A stretch of 36,918 nt of DNA, from NCBI GenBank assembly GCA_964196015.1, contig CAXMRM010000213.1, forward strand, positions 1-36,918, written 5' to 3'. Position 1 is the stretch's first letter; each line of letters opens with the position of its first letter. Origin of the DNA: an uncultured Myxococcota bacterium (GTDB lineage: Bacteria > Myxococcota_A > Polyangia > Polyangiales > Houyiibacteriaceae). The notes under the pieces were generated by a model. The model made no database searches and was not told where the DNA came from. It was given only the letters and a program-made list of their open reading frames with translations. The translations under genes and the position numbers were made by a program. Below, piece after piece: positions 8,771-17,621 of the stretch.

Positions 8771-10420
8771 ATGGAGGTTCATCCACTCGCTGGTCAGTCC
8801 GCGCCGCCCGACGCGCTCGTCGATGTCGCCAAGCTCATCGCCACCTACTACGACGGCAAGCCCGACCCCACCGAGCTGAGCCACCGCGTGAGCTTTGGAA
8901 CCTCCGGCCACCGCGGCTCGTCCCTTCGCCTCAGCTTCAACGAGGATCACATCCTCGCAACGACGCAGGCGATCTGTGACTACCGTGTTGCCGAGGGGAT
9001 CGATGGCCCGCTGTACATGGGTGTTGATACGCACGCGCTGTCAGAGCCGGCCGCGAAGACCGCTCTCGAGGTTCTTGCCGCGAACGGTGTTGAAACGTGC
9101 ATTGCGCTGGAGGGGCAGTTCACGCCGACCCCGGCTGTCTCGTTCGCCATTCTCGAGCACAACCGAAACAACGCGACCGACGCCGACGGCATCGTCGTGA
9201 CGCCGTCGCACAATCCACCCGAAGACGGCGGCTTCAAGTACAACCCACCGAACGGCGGTCCCGCGGGCACGGAAGTCACATCGTGGATCGAGCGACGCGC
9301 GAATCGGTTGTTGGCCGCCGGTCTCAAAGACGTCCGTCGCATTGTGTACGACGCCGCGCTTCGCGCCGATACGACTCACACTCACGATTTCATAGCGCCC
9401 TACGTCGAAGGACTCGATACCGTCCTCGACATGCGGGCGATTTCGAGCGCGGGCCTTCGAATTGGCGTCGACCCGATGGGCGGAGCTGGCATCGAGTACT
9501 GGCCTCGGATCGCAGAACGCTACGACCTCCGGCTCGACATCGTCAATGAGGCCATCGACCCGACATTTTCGTTCATGACGCTCGATTACGACGGGAAAAT
9601 CCGAATGGATTGCTCTTCGCCGTATGCCATGGCCCGCCTGGTCCATCTCCGAAACCGATTCGACATCGCGTTTGGAAACGACACGGATTTCGATCGGCAC
9701 GGCATCGTCACCAGCAGCTGGGGGCTTCTCAACCCGAATCACTACCTCAGCGTGGCGATCAACTATCTGTTCACCGAGCGCGGCTGGGACGAGCGCGCGG
9801 CCGTCGGAAAGACGCTCGTGAGCAGCGCGATGATCGACCGCGTGGCCAAAGCCCTCCGCCGCCGGCTCGCCGAGGTGCCCGTAGGCTTCAAGTGGTTCGT
9901 GCGAGGATTGCTCGACGGCTCATACGGGTTTGGCGGAGAGGAGAGCGCAGGCGCTTCGTTCCTGCGCAGAGACGGGAGCGTCTGGACGACCGACAAGGAC
10001 GGCATCCTCCTCAACCTCCTCGCCGCCGAGATCACCGCGACGACCGGCAGAGACCCCGGTGAGTGTTACCAAAGCCTCACCAAACAGTTCGGCGCGCCCG
10101 TGTACGCGCGCATCGATGCACCTGCGACCCCGGAGCAGAAGGCTGCCCTCGAGGGGATGAGCGAGTCGGATCTCGATGCGTCGGATCTCGCCGGCGAGCC
10201 GATCCAGCAGATGCTCACCACGGCGCCCGAGAACGACGCGCCGATTGGCGGGCTCAAGGTCACGACAGAGAACGGTTGGTTCGCCGCTCGGCCTTCCGGC
10301 ACCGAAGACGTTTACAAGATCTATGCGGAAAGCTTCGTTGGGCGCGAGCACCTGGCGTCTATTCAAAGAGAAGCCAAGGACCTGATCGGCCGCGTATTCG
10401 ACAAGAACGCGACGGCTTGA
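8771..10420 (+). CDS. pgm: phosphoglucomutase, alpha-D-glucose-phosphate specific
   Basis: Active-site loop [15 protein letters not shown], the GVDPMGGAG metal loop, GEESAG and a C-terminal [14 protein letters not shown] block. ATG 8771 was chosen; the upstream extension overlaps bfr. Confidence 0.95.
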   Translation: MEVHPLAGQSAPPDALVDVAKLIATYYDGKPDPTELSHRVSFGTSGHRGSSLRLSFNEDHILATTQAICDYRVAEGIDGPLYMGVDTHALSEPAAKTALEVLAANGVETCIALEGQFTPTPAVSFAILEHNRNNATDADGIVVTPSHNPPEDGGFKYNPPNGGPAGTEVTSWIERRANRLLAAGLKDVRRIVYDAALRADTTHTHDFIAPYVEGLDTVLDMRAISSAGLRIGVDPMGGAGIEYWPRIAERYDLRLDIVNEAIDPTFSFMTLDYDGKIRMDCSSPYAMARLVHLRNRFDIAFGNDTDFDRHGIVTSSWGLLNPNHYLSVAINYLFTERGWDERAAVGKTLVSSAMIDRVAKALRRRLAEVPVGFKWFVRGLLDGSYGFGGEESAGASFLRRDGSVWTTDKDGILLNLLAAEITATTGRDPGECYQSLTKQFGAPVYARIDAPATPEQKAALEGMSESDLDASDLAGEPIQQMLTTAPENDAPIGGLKVTTENGWFAARPSGTEDVYKIYAESFVGREHLASIQREAKDLIGRVFDKNATA

Positions 10421-10452
10421 GGGGCTGGCCCAATCGTGTTTCACTCCGCGGC

Positions 10453-11433
10453 GTGTTAGCGCTCGTAACTGGTGGTGGCGGCCGACTCGGCAACGTTCTC
10501 GTTCGACGACTCCTCGAGAACGGACAGACGGTGCGCGTGTTGGAGCCTGGCAGCCTGCCGGAGTCCCTCGCCGGCCTCGACATCGAGTTCATGTCTGGCT
10601 CGGTCCTCGACGCGGGAGACATTGGCCGGGCGACGGATGGCGCAGACGTCGTGTATCATCTTGCCGCTAAGATCGACCTAAGCCCTAAAAAAGACCCGAT
10701 GATGTACACCCTCAACGTCGAGGGAACCCGAAAGGTCGTCGAGGTGTGTCTTTCCCGTGGCCTGCGGTTGGTCCACACCAGCTCTCATCATGCGCTCGAG
10801 CGCGAGCCCCTCGATCAGCCGCTGACCGAAGACAAGCCTCTCGCCCTCAACGATAAGGGCGAGTACCACCGATCCAAAGCGATCGGCGAAACGATTGTCC
10901 TCGACGCCTGCGAGCGAGGGCTCGATGCCGTCATCGTGAACCCGGGCTCGATGATTGGGCCCTACGACTTCGAGCCGTCGATGATCGGCGCCGCGCTGAT
11001 CGACATGTACTTCGGTCGCGTCCCCGTCTTGCTCGAACTGTTGAGCGACTACGTCGATGTTCGGGATGTCGCCGACGGCATGATCGCCGCCGCCGACAAA
11101 GGCCGGCGTGGCGAGCGGTATTTCCTCACCGGTGACGTCGTCCCAGTCATGGAGATGGTGTCTCTCTACGCAGAGCTCACCGGCGCCAAAGTGCCTACCC
11201 GGGCACTGCCGCTCTGGGTGGGCTGGGTCCTGCTTCCGTTCGCCTTGCTGGGGAGCGCTGTGACCAAGAAGGAACCATTCATCACGGCCGATATGCTCCG
11301 CGCCAGCGTGTCCAACGAAGTGGTCTCCCACGACAAGGCACACCGCGAGCTTGGCTATACGATCCGCACGCTGCGCGAGTCGCTCACAGACGCGGTCGCC
11401 TGGTATCAGGAGCGCGGCTGGCTCAGCGCCTGA
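10453..11433 (+). CDS. NAD(P)-dependent epimerase/dehydratase-family SDR (possible long-chain-base/ceramide reductase)
   Basis: Rossmann motif LALVTGGGGRLG, catalytic YHRSK (YxxxK), and an extended-SDR C-terminal region. Start is GTG 10453; alternative TTG 10417 overlaps the pgm stop. The reductase role is inferred from the neighbouring ACP/oxoamine synthase genes. Confidence 0.85.
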   Translation: MLALVTGGGGRLGNVLVRRLLENGQTVRVLEPGSLPESLAGLDIEFMSGSVLDAGDIGRATDGADVVYHLAAKIDLSPKKDPMMYTLNVEGTRKVVEVCLSRGLRLVHTSSHHALEREPLDQPLTEDKPLALNDKGEYHRSKAIGETIVLDACERGLDAVIVNPGSMIGPYDFEPSMIGAALIDMYFGRVPVLLELLSDYVDVRDVADGMIAAADKGRRGERYFLTGDVVPVMEMVSLYAELTGAKVPTRALPLWVGWVLLPFALLGSAVTKKEPFITADMLRASVSNEVVSHDKAHRELGYTIRTLRESLTDAVAWYQERGWLSA

Positions 11434-11448
11434 CCCGCGTTTTCGCGG

Positions 11449-11476
11449 TTGACGCGCTGCTCGTGCTACACATAAA
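11449..11476 (+). promoter_or_regulatory. sigma70-like promoter of cysE
   Basis: TTGACG (11449-11454), 16 nt, CATAAA (11471-11476), then 6 nt to ATG 11483. Confidence 0.4.
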
Positions 11477-11482
11477 GCACCC

Positions 11483-12376
11483 ATGAGCGGAAGAGACCCC
11501 AAGCGCCATCAGGATCTCGAGGACGTGATCGAGGTCATCGCTGCCTCGTACGACGGCGACAACGAGATCAACAACCTCGACAGCGCGGCACTGCCGAACA
11601 AACGCGCGGTCACCACTGCATTCAATCACATCATGCCCGTGCTCTACATGGGATTCTACAGCACTCGCGCTCTCAACAGGACCAACCTCCGCTATGCGAT
11701 TAGCGAGCATCTGTATCCAGCGCAGGAAATATTGGTCGAGCAGATCGAACGCGCTGTTCGCTATCAAGAGCGCATGGGCCGGCTCGCCGCGAAGAAGCCC
11801 GAGGGTTGGAGCGAAGACGTCGTCCTGCGTCTGCTCGAGAAGATTCCAGAGCTTCGGCGCGTTCTCAACGCCGACGTCCGAGCCGCATACGATGGAGACC
11901 CAGCCGCCTCGAGCATCGAAGAGGTCATCTTCAGCTATCCGAGCGTGCAGGCGATCACAGCGTATCGTGTCGCGCACGAGCTCTACCTGGCCGACGTCCC
12001 CATGATTCCGCGCATCATCACCGAGCACGCGCACAGCAAGTCCGGCATCGACATCAATCCTTGCGCGGAGGTTGGCGAAAGCTTCTTCATCGACCACGGC
12101 ACAGGGGTGGTCATTGGCGCAACCGCCGTCATCGGCCGCAATGTGAAGCTCTACCAGGGCGTCACTCTCGGCGCCCTGAGTGTCTCTCGCGACGAGGTCG
12201 CTGGGCGCCGTGGCCAAAAGCGGCATCCTACGATCGAGGACGACGTCACGATTTACGCGGGAGCGTCGATTCACGGTGGAGACACCGTCATCGGCAAGGG
12301 GTCGGTCATCGGGGGCAACGTCTGGCTCACCAAGTCCGTGCCGCCCGGCTCGAAAATCTTCGGCCGTGCGAAGTAG
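11483..12376 (+). CDS. cysE: serine O-acetyltransferase (long form)
   Basis: An N-terminal SATase helical domain is followed by left-handed beta-helix hexapeptide repeats: GIDINPCAEVGESFFIDHGTGVVIGATAVIG...VTLG...TIEDDVTIYAGASI. Confidence 0.9.
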   Translation: MSGRDPKRHQDLEDVIEVIAASYDGDNEINNLDSAALPNKRAVTTAFNHIMPVLYMGFYSTRALNRTNLRYAISEHLYPAQEILVEQIERAVRYQERMGRLAAKKPEGWSEDVVLRLLEKIPELRRVLNADVRAAYDGDPAASSIEEVIFSYPSVQAITAYRVAHELYLADVPMIPRIITEHAHSKSGIDINPCAEVGESFFIDHGTGVVIGATAVIGRNVKLYQGVTLGALSVSRDEVAGRRGQKRHPTIEDDVTIYAGASIHGGDTVIGKGSVIGGNVWLTKSVPPGSKIFGRAK

Positions 12377-12389
12377 CGCCTCTGGCCAG

Positions 12390-12629
12390 TTAGCGGGCTT
12401 CGCTGAGCTTCTCTGTGACCTTGTCGTAGACAGCTTGGAGGTTGGTCAGCTCGGTGAGCTCATCCTCGGAAATCGTGACGTCGTAGTTCTTCTCGACGTC
12501 GGCAATGATCTCGATTGCCATCATGCTGTCGATGCCCAGGTCCGCGAACGGCGTATCCTCGGGGATATCCTCGACTTCCGTCACCTCGGCGATGATCTGC
12601 CTCAGCTCGTCCTTCAGCGTATCCGACAT
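12390..12629 (-). CDS. acyl carrier protein (dedicated, non-fab context)
   Basis: A 79-aa acidic protein with the phosphopantetheine attachment motif DLGIDSMMAIE. It is divergent from the oxoamine synthase gene. Confidence 0.9.
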   Translation of the reverse strand: MSDTLKDELRQIIAEVTEVEDIPEDTPFADLGIDSMMAIEIIADVEKNYDVTISEDELTELTNLQAVYDKVTEKLSEAR

Positions 12630-12637
12630 GCCGCCCG

Positions 12638-12670
12638 TATATGCTTGCGTTCGCGATTAGCGTCAAGCAT
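12638..12670 (-). promoter_or_regulatory. sigma70-like promoter of the ACP gene bracketed by a 7-bp inverted repeat
   Basis: On the minus strand: TTGACG (12666-12661), 17 nt, CATATA (12643-12638), then 8 nt to ATG 12629. Inverted-repeat arms ATGCTTG (12641-12647) and CAAGCAT (12664-12670) overlap the -10 and -35. Confidence 0.4.
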
Positions 12671-12746
12671 TTGAAAACTGGCCGGTCGACCTGTTTCGAA
12701 TGTGGTACAGACCGGAAATTACGGTACCTTGTGGCCCGCTAGACCT

Positions 12747-13976
12747 ATGAGTTGGATTTCCGAAAAGGCGCACGCTGAGCTACAGCGGGTGCGCGACGCG
12801 CAGGCCAAGCAGATCTATCCGTATTTCCTCCCTTTCGAGTCGGGCGGATTGCATACGACCATCGGCGGCAAGCCCATCGTCAACTTCAGCTCGAACGACT
12901 ATCTCGGTCTGACCAACCATCCGAAGGTTAAAGAGGCGGCCAAAGCAGCGGTCGATCAGTTCGCCTGCGGGTTGAGCTCGTCGCGTGTTCAGGCGACCGC
13001 GACCCTGCACGTCGAGCTCGAGGAGCGGCTGGCGGCCTGGTACGGCTTCGAGAAAGCCTTGATCTTCACGACCGGGTATCAAGCGATGGTCGGCACGATC
13101 ATGTCCCTAGCCGACAAAGACACAACGGTCGTCCTCGACAACTTGAGCCACGCCTGCATTCTCGACGGCACGTTCTTGGCGGCGGGGACGCCGATGCGCG
13201 CGCCCGAGGTGCGCTTTTTCAATCACAACAGTGCCAAAGCGCTCGATCGAGTCCTGAGGAAGCGCGATCGGAAGAACGCGTTGGTGATAATCGAGGGCAT
13301 CTACTCGCTAGACGGCGACGAGGCTCACATCGAGGAGTTCGTCGAGGTCTGCGCTCAGCACGAGAACGTCGCCATCGTGTGCGACGATGCGCACGGGACG
13401 GGCACTCTTGGCGCTGGCGGCCGAGGCATCGTCGAGAAGTACGGCCTCGAGGGGAAGATCCCGGTGATCATCAGCACGTTCTCGAAGACGTTTGGAGGTA
13501 TCGGCGGGATCCTCCTCGGCGACGCCGACGTGGTCGACTTCATCAAACACACCGCGCGTTCGTTCTTGTTCAGCGCATCGTTGCCGGTGCCCATCGTGGC
13601 AGCGGCCAGCACGGTCCTCGACATGCTCGAGGCTGACGGCGAAGCGTTGGTCAGCGAGCTCCACGAGAAGTCGGCCTACATGCGCAAGGGCCTCACCGAT
13701 ATCGGGTTCGACCTCGGTGACAGCAACTCGCACATCATGCCCATCATGATTCGCGAGGAGACCAAGGCGATGTTCACGCATGTGGCTCTGCGGGAAAACG
13801 GCGTGTTGATGGTTCCGATCATGTACCCCGCCGTGAAAGAGGGACAAGAGCGGCTCCGCCTCAACGTCACCCGCGGCCACAGCTACGAGGACATGGACCG
13901 GGCGCTCGACTTGCTGCGCCAGTTCGCGGACTCGTTTTCGTTGGTGGACGAGCCGGCGAAGTCGGCGGCTACTTAG
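12747..13976 (+). CDS. spt: alpha-oxoamine synthase, serine palmitoyltransferase-like (BioF/KBL family)
   Basis: NFSSNDYLGL, DDAHGTGTLGAGGRG and STFSKTFGG (PLP lysine). The N-terminal YPYFLPFES block and adjacency to a dedicated ACP favour Spt over BioF. Family assignment is secure; substrate assignment is an inference. Confidence 0.85.
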   Translation: MSWISEKAHAELQRVRDAQAKQIYPYFLPFESGGLHTTIGGKPIVNFSSNDYLGLTNHPKVKEAAKAAVDQFACGLSSSRVQATATLHVELEERLAAWYGFEKALIFTTGYQAMVGTIMSLADKDTTVVLDNLSHACILDGTFLAAGTPMRAPEVRFFNHNSAKALDRVLRKRDRKNALVIIEGIYSLDGDEAHIEEFVEVCAQHENVAIVCDDAHGTGTLGAGGRGIVEKYGLEGKIPVIISTFSKTFGGIGGILLGDADVVDFIKHTARSFLFSASLPVPIVAAASTVLDMLEADGEALVSELHEKSAYMRKGLTDIGFDLGDSNSHIMPIMIREETKAMFTHVALRENGVLMVPIMYPAVKEGQERLRLNVTRGHSYEDMDRALDLLRQFADSFSLVDEPAKSAAT

Positions 13977-14003
13977 CGAGACGGCACCGTGCCCGGGTCT
14001 CGC
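13976..14003. terminator. GC-rich hairpin between the convergent spt-like and maoC genes
   Basis: GCGAGAC (13976-13982) pairs with GTCTCGC (13997-14003) around a 14-nt loop. There is no U-tract, so function as an intrinsic terminator is uncertain. Confidence 0.3.
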
Positions 14004-14012
14004 GTCGGAGCG

Positions 14013-14477
14013 TTACTTCTTCGGGAAGTAGAGGCTGACCGTCTCGGCGATGCAGGCGGGGCGGTCTTCTCCTTCGATCTCTACCGTCACGCGGACGATC
14101 GAGAGGATGCCGCCCTTCGACTCTTCGACCGACACCACCTCTGCGCCGCCGCGGATGCGTGAGCCGACCTTCACGGGAGCGGGAAAGCGAACTTTATTGG
14201 TGCCGTAGTTCACTGCGAACTCGAAGCCGCGCACCTCAAAGACCTGAGGCATGAAGGAGCTTACGAGCGACAGCGTCAGGTAGCCGTGCGCGATGGTCGC
14301 GCCGAAAGGCCCGGTCTTCGCTCGCTCCGCGTCGACGTGAATCCACTGATGGTCCTCGGTCGCGTCGGCGAACTTGTCGACCCGATCCTGCTCCATCGTC
14401 AGCCACTCGCTGTGACCGAGGTGCTTGCCGACCGCGGCTTTGAGGTGGTGGGGGGATTCGAAAACTACTGCTGCCAT
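14013..14477 (-). CDS. MaoC-like (R)-specific enoyl-CoA/ACP hydratase (hot-dog fold)
   Basis: A 154-aa protein with the hydratase-2 motif FADATEDHQWIHVDAERA...ATIAHGYLTLS. Confidence 0.9.
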   Translation of the reverse strand: MAAVVFESPHHLKAAVGKHLGHSEWLTMEQDRVDKFADATEDHQWIHVDAERAKTGPFGATIAHGYLTLSLVSSFMPQVFEVRGFEFAVNYGTNKVRFPAPVKVGSRIRGGAEVVSVEESKGGILSIVRVTVEIEGEDRPACIAETVSLYFPKK

Positions 14478-14526
14478 GTGTCGCTCCGGAGCGGATCTTA
14501 GCTGCTCTCAGTGCCAGCGCCAGTGC

Positions 14527-15102
14527 CTACGGCCTCTGGCCGTCTACGATCGTCCTTGCTGCGTTCATGTCCGTGACGCCCCCGGACATGATGAACGCCA
14601 TGAACTCGGCGCCGTCGGCGTCTAGAGGGTGTACTCGCTCTTTCGGGACGACGATCAGATTGCCGGCGAAGTTGTAGGACTCCGGCAAGTACACGGACAC
14701 GTGACCTGCGAGGTGGGGGTCGTCGAAGCGCTCGCTGGTTAGGAAGCCCAGTACCTTGAGGCCGTGTTTGTTGAGCTCGACGGCGACCGGCTTGTCGAAC
14801 TTACGCTTCGTTCCGACGAACGCGCCAAACAAGTCACTCAGCGAGTTGTAGAGGAGCTTGATAATAGGCACGCGTTGCATACCCGACTCCAACAACGACA
14901 GGACTTTGGTTCCGATCACATTGCCCGCGAGGTAACCGATCAGCGTGATCCCGGCCGCGGCGATGAGGATACCGAGCCCCGGGATCGACGTGTCCAGCCA
15001 GCGATCGAGCGTGGTGACAGTGAACCACACGACCCAGATGGTGATGGCAACCGGTGCAAGGACCAAGAGCCCCTGCGCGAAGCTTCTCGTCAGCGTTCTC
15101 AT
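14527..15102 (-). CDS. DUF502 family membrane protein
   Basis: Two N-terminal TM helices are followed by the conserved IPGLGILI...GYLAGNVIG and ...VYLPESYNFAGNLIVVP blocks typical of DUF502. Confidence 0.8.
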   Translation of the reverse strand: MRTLTRSFAQGLLVLAPVAITIWVVWFTVTTLDRWLDTSIPGLGILIAAAGITLIGYLAGNVIGTKVLSLLESGMQRVPIIKLLYNSLSDLFGAFVGTKRKFDKPVAVELNKHGLKVLGFLTSERFDDPHLAGHVSVYLPESYNFAGNLIVVPKERVHPLDADGAEFMAFIMSGGVTDMNAARTIVDGQRP

Positions 15103-15208
15103 GCGATTCTCCTATCACCAGCTTGCACCCTGCGCATTTGCAGACAGAACGCGCGGCGTGCCAGCCGTCTTCCCATATTGGCATCGCCTCACGCCTGGAA
15201 TTCGCCAC

Positions 15209-16042
15209 ATGCTGGTGGGGACCCTCTTTTTCAGCGCGATGAGTGTGTTCGCGAAGCTCGCGGGCGAGCGGCTGCCGACGATGGAGCTCGTGCTCGCGCG
15301 CGTGGTCGTCACCCTCATCATGAGCTGCTGGGTGATCAAGAGACTCGGCATCTACCCCTGGGGAAACAACAAGAGGCTCCTCGTGCTTCGCGGGTTCGCC
15401 GGCTTCATGGGGCTGAGCTGCTACTTCTATGCGATCGCGCACCTGCCGCTCGCCGACGCTACGGGGATCCAGTTCTGTAACCCGATGCTTGCCGCCCTGA
15501 TCGCGGTCTTCGCGCTCAAAGAGTCCCTGCGCCCGATAGACGTGATCGCGACCCTCTGCAGCATGGTCGGTGTCGTTCTCGTTGCGCAGCCGACTTTCCT
15601 GTTCGCCAGGGGCGCGCCATTGGACCAGGTCGCGGTCGCGATTGGCGTCGTCGGCGCGATCTTCTCGGCGATTGCCTACGTCGTGATCCGCCGCCTCGGC
15701 TCCACGGAGCACCACATGGTCGTCGTGTTCTACTTCCCGCTCGTCACCGGGCCGGCGTGTTTGCCGATCTTGGCGATCGAGGGACTCGTCCTCCCGCAAG
15801 GTTTCGAGTGGCTTTTTCTCTTGGGTATTGGGGTCGCCGCCCAGCTCGGCCAAATCGAGATAACCAAGGGCTTCAAGCTCGAAACCGCAGGCCGCGCCTC
15901 GTCGGTCACGTATCTCCAGATCGTCCTCGCCTACACTTGGGGCGTGCTCCTTTTCGGCGAGTACCCCAACGCGCTCAGCGTCGTCGGCGCACTCCTCGTC
16001 GTTCTCGGCGTCTTCAGCGTGACGCGGGGTGCTCAATCCTGA
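15209..16042 (+). CDS. EamA/DMT-superfamily transporter
   Basis: Ten-helix duplicated EamA pattern. ATG 15209 was chosen; upstream in-frame alternatives exist (for example ATG 15101) but would overlap the divergent DUF502 start. Confidence 0.82.
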   Translation: MLVGTLFFSAMSVFAKLAGERLPTMELVLARVVVTLIMSCWVIKRLGIYPWGNNKRLLVLRGFAGFMGLSCYFYAIAHLPLADATGIQFCNPMLAALIAVFALKESLRPIDVIATLCSMVGVVLVAQPTFLFARGAPLDQVAVAIGVVGAIFSAIAYVVIRRLGSTEHHMVVVFYFPLVTGPACLPILAIEGLVLPQGFEWLFLLGIGVAAQLGQIEITKGFKLETAGRASSVTYLQIVLAYTWGVLLFGEYPNALSVVGALLVVLGVFSVTRGAQS

Positions 16043-16785
16043 AACAGCGGATCAAACAACCCGGGCTCGGCACCGAGCGCGTCTAGGTTCTCCGCGCCCT
16101 CGACGTCGGAGATGAACGTCATCATGCGGCCCCAGCCTTCATGTCGAGTAGCTACCTTCGCGCCTGTGCTGAGATCGGACCATCCTTCCCAAGTGGTTTC
16201 GATGCCGCCGATGGGAATGATTTGCACCCACATGCGCCAACTCGCAGGGAGGCCGTCTGGGCCCGGGATCCATAGATACGCATCGCCGGGTGTCACGCCG
16301 CCCGAGGTGTAACTGATCAGGAGCGCGTCGCGGCCGTCATTCAACTTCACGAGCGAACGTTCGACGCCCGGGTCGAAGAACTTCACGACTGGGTTGAGCC
16401 AGAATGAGTCGTTGATCCAATACGCGTACGCAGCGTGTAGAGCTTCTTCGGCGTCCGGGTCGGTTTGCTCGGTGCCCTTGCGCCAGACGCGTCCGGTTTG
16501 GTCTGCAGTGTGGAGGAGGGCGCGCGAGCTGCCCCAGCGCAGCTCGACTAGGTCGCGCTCCCGGTCCCAGACGTAGTGGTGTCGTTCGAAGAACGACCAA
16601 CGAACCGCGCCCGTCCGGTCCCAGTCATCCTTGTTGACTGCGGCCTCCATCGCTCGCGCGAGCGCGTCGGCTTGGGGTCCGGGCTGGCCTTCGGGCCTCG
16701 GGTCGTTCAGGGAGTAGCCCACGGCGACGGCGGCCAAAAGCCCCAGGGCGAGGATCGCTGCCAGGATCTTGAACGCACGCATCAT
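16033..16785 (-). CDS. signal-anchored/secreted protein of unknown function
   Basis: A 250-aa ORF with the N-terminal hydrophobic segment MMRAFKILAAILALGLLAAVAVG, a Trp-rich soluble domain, coding-like GC3, and no recognisable motif. Its 3' end overlaps the EamA gene by 10 nt. Confidence 0.65.
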   Translation of the reverse strand: MMRAFKILAAILALGLLAAVAVGYSLNDPRPEGQPGPQADALARAMEAAVNKDDWDRTGAVRWSFFERHHYVWDRERDLVELRWGSSRALLHTADQTGRVWRKGTEQTDPDAEEALHAAYAYWINDSFWLNPVVKFFDPGVERSLVKLNDGRDALLISYTSGGVTPGDAYLWIPGPDGLPASWRMWVQIIPIGGIETTWEGWSDLSTGAKVATRHEGWGRMMTFISDVEGAENLDALGAEPGLFDPLFQD

Positions 16786-16940
16786 GAGTTCAGCGACCCT
16801 ACACTGTGCAGAACGCTCACAAAAGCGCTATGAGTCCCCCCATGGGTCATTCGCCAGGATATCGCGGCGGCGCTCCTGCCGGTTTGCCAACGATCGACAC
16901 GCGTGAGCGCGGCGCTCCCAAGGACGGGGAGCCGCAGCTC

Positions 16941-17615
16941 ATGGATCGCCGACTGTTCATGCAGTTGCTGGTTTTTCAGGTTCCCACCGGGGTTTCGGTC
17001 GCTGCCAACCAGGAGGCCTTGCTCTCCGCGCTGAAAGAAACCGACATTCCCGCGGTCGTTTACGCGGATGCCAACGACCCACTCGGTGTGGCTCTACTGA
17101 CCTTCAGCGAGGATCCGGCGCTCTTCGTGGATTCGGTTCGTCCACTGTTCGAGGCCGCGCCCCTGCGTGACTGGACGCTGCGCCCCGAGGTCACGATGAT
17201 CGGCCGGACGTACAGCAGCGGCTATGAGCAAGACCTCGAGTTCTGGCTCCTCGACCGCCCGCGGCAGACGGTCCTCAACTCCGAGTGGAACTGGGCGGTC
17301 TGGTACCCACTTCGCCGCACCGGTGCGTTCGCGCAGCTCGAGGGGAGAGAGAAGGGCGGCATCCTCCGCGAGCACGCCACGATCGGACGCGCGTACGGCG
17401 AGCAGGGCCTCGCGCACGACGTGCGTCTCGCCTGCCATGGGCTCGACGCCAACGACAACGAGTTTCTGATCGGATTGGTCGGCTCGGAGCTGCACCCGTT
17501 GTCGCACGTGGTGCAGTCGATGCGAGGCACGGTGCAGACATCGCAGTACATCCAGCAGATGGGGCCGTTCTTCGTCGGGCGCGCGATCGGCCGGCACCCG
17601 GGCCCTCAGAAGTGA
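16941..17615 (+). CDS. chlorite dismutase (Cld/HemQ/ChdC) family heme protein
   Basis: The blocks ...WYPLRRTGAFAQL...ILREHATIGRAYG...DDNEFLIGL...L..VVQSMR...SQY are typical of the Cld superfamily. ATG 16941 has a GGGGA purine tract upstream. Longer alternatives are ATG 16830 and GTG 16806, but the extra 37 codons are Pro/Gly-rich with lower GC3. Confidence 0.75.
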   Translation: MDRRLFMQLLVFQVPTGVSVAANQEALLSALKETDIPAVVYADANDPLGVALLTFSEDPALFVDSVRPLFEAAPLRDWTLRPEVTMIGRTYSSGYEQDLEFWLLDRPRQTVLNSEWNWAVWYPLRRTGAFAQLEGREKGGILREHATIGRAYGEQGLAHDVRLACHGLDANDNEFLIGLVGSELHPLSHVVQSMRGTVQTSQYIQQMGPFFVGRAIGRHPGPQK

Positions 17616-17621
17616 GCTTCG

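Noticed and set aside
12747-13976. Calling the oxoamine synthase BioF, since bioB is only about 5 kb away and the N terminus MSW..EK resembles E. coli BioF.
   Set aside because: It is not adjacent to bioB and is paired with a dedicated ACP. Its YPYF..ES block is typical of Spt/KBL-like clades. BioF is kept as an explicit alternative to be settled by phylogeny.
14509-14527. A sigma-54 promoter, read as TGGCAC...TGGCA on the minus strand upstream of maoC.
   Set aside because: The GG-to-GC spacing is N11 rather than the required N10, and the -12 element is not TTGC(A/T). The GGCAC-containing repeats upstream of bioB fail the same test.
14834-16036. A 400-aa ORF on the minus strand.
   Set aside because: It is antisense to the EamA transporter gene and partly out of frame with the DUF502 gene. 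The highly charged Arg/Asp/Glu-rich translation has no domain signature.
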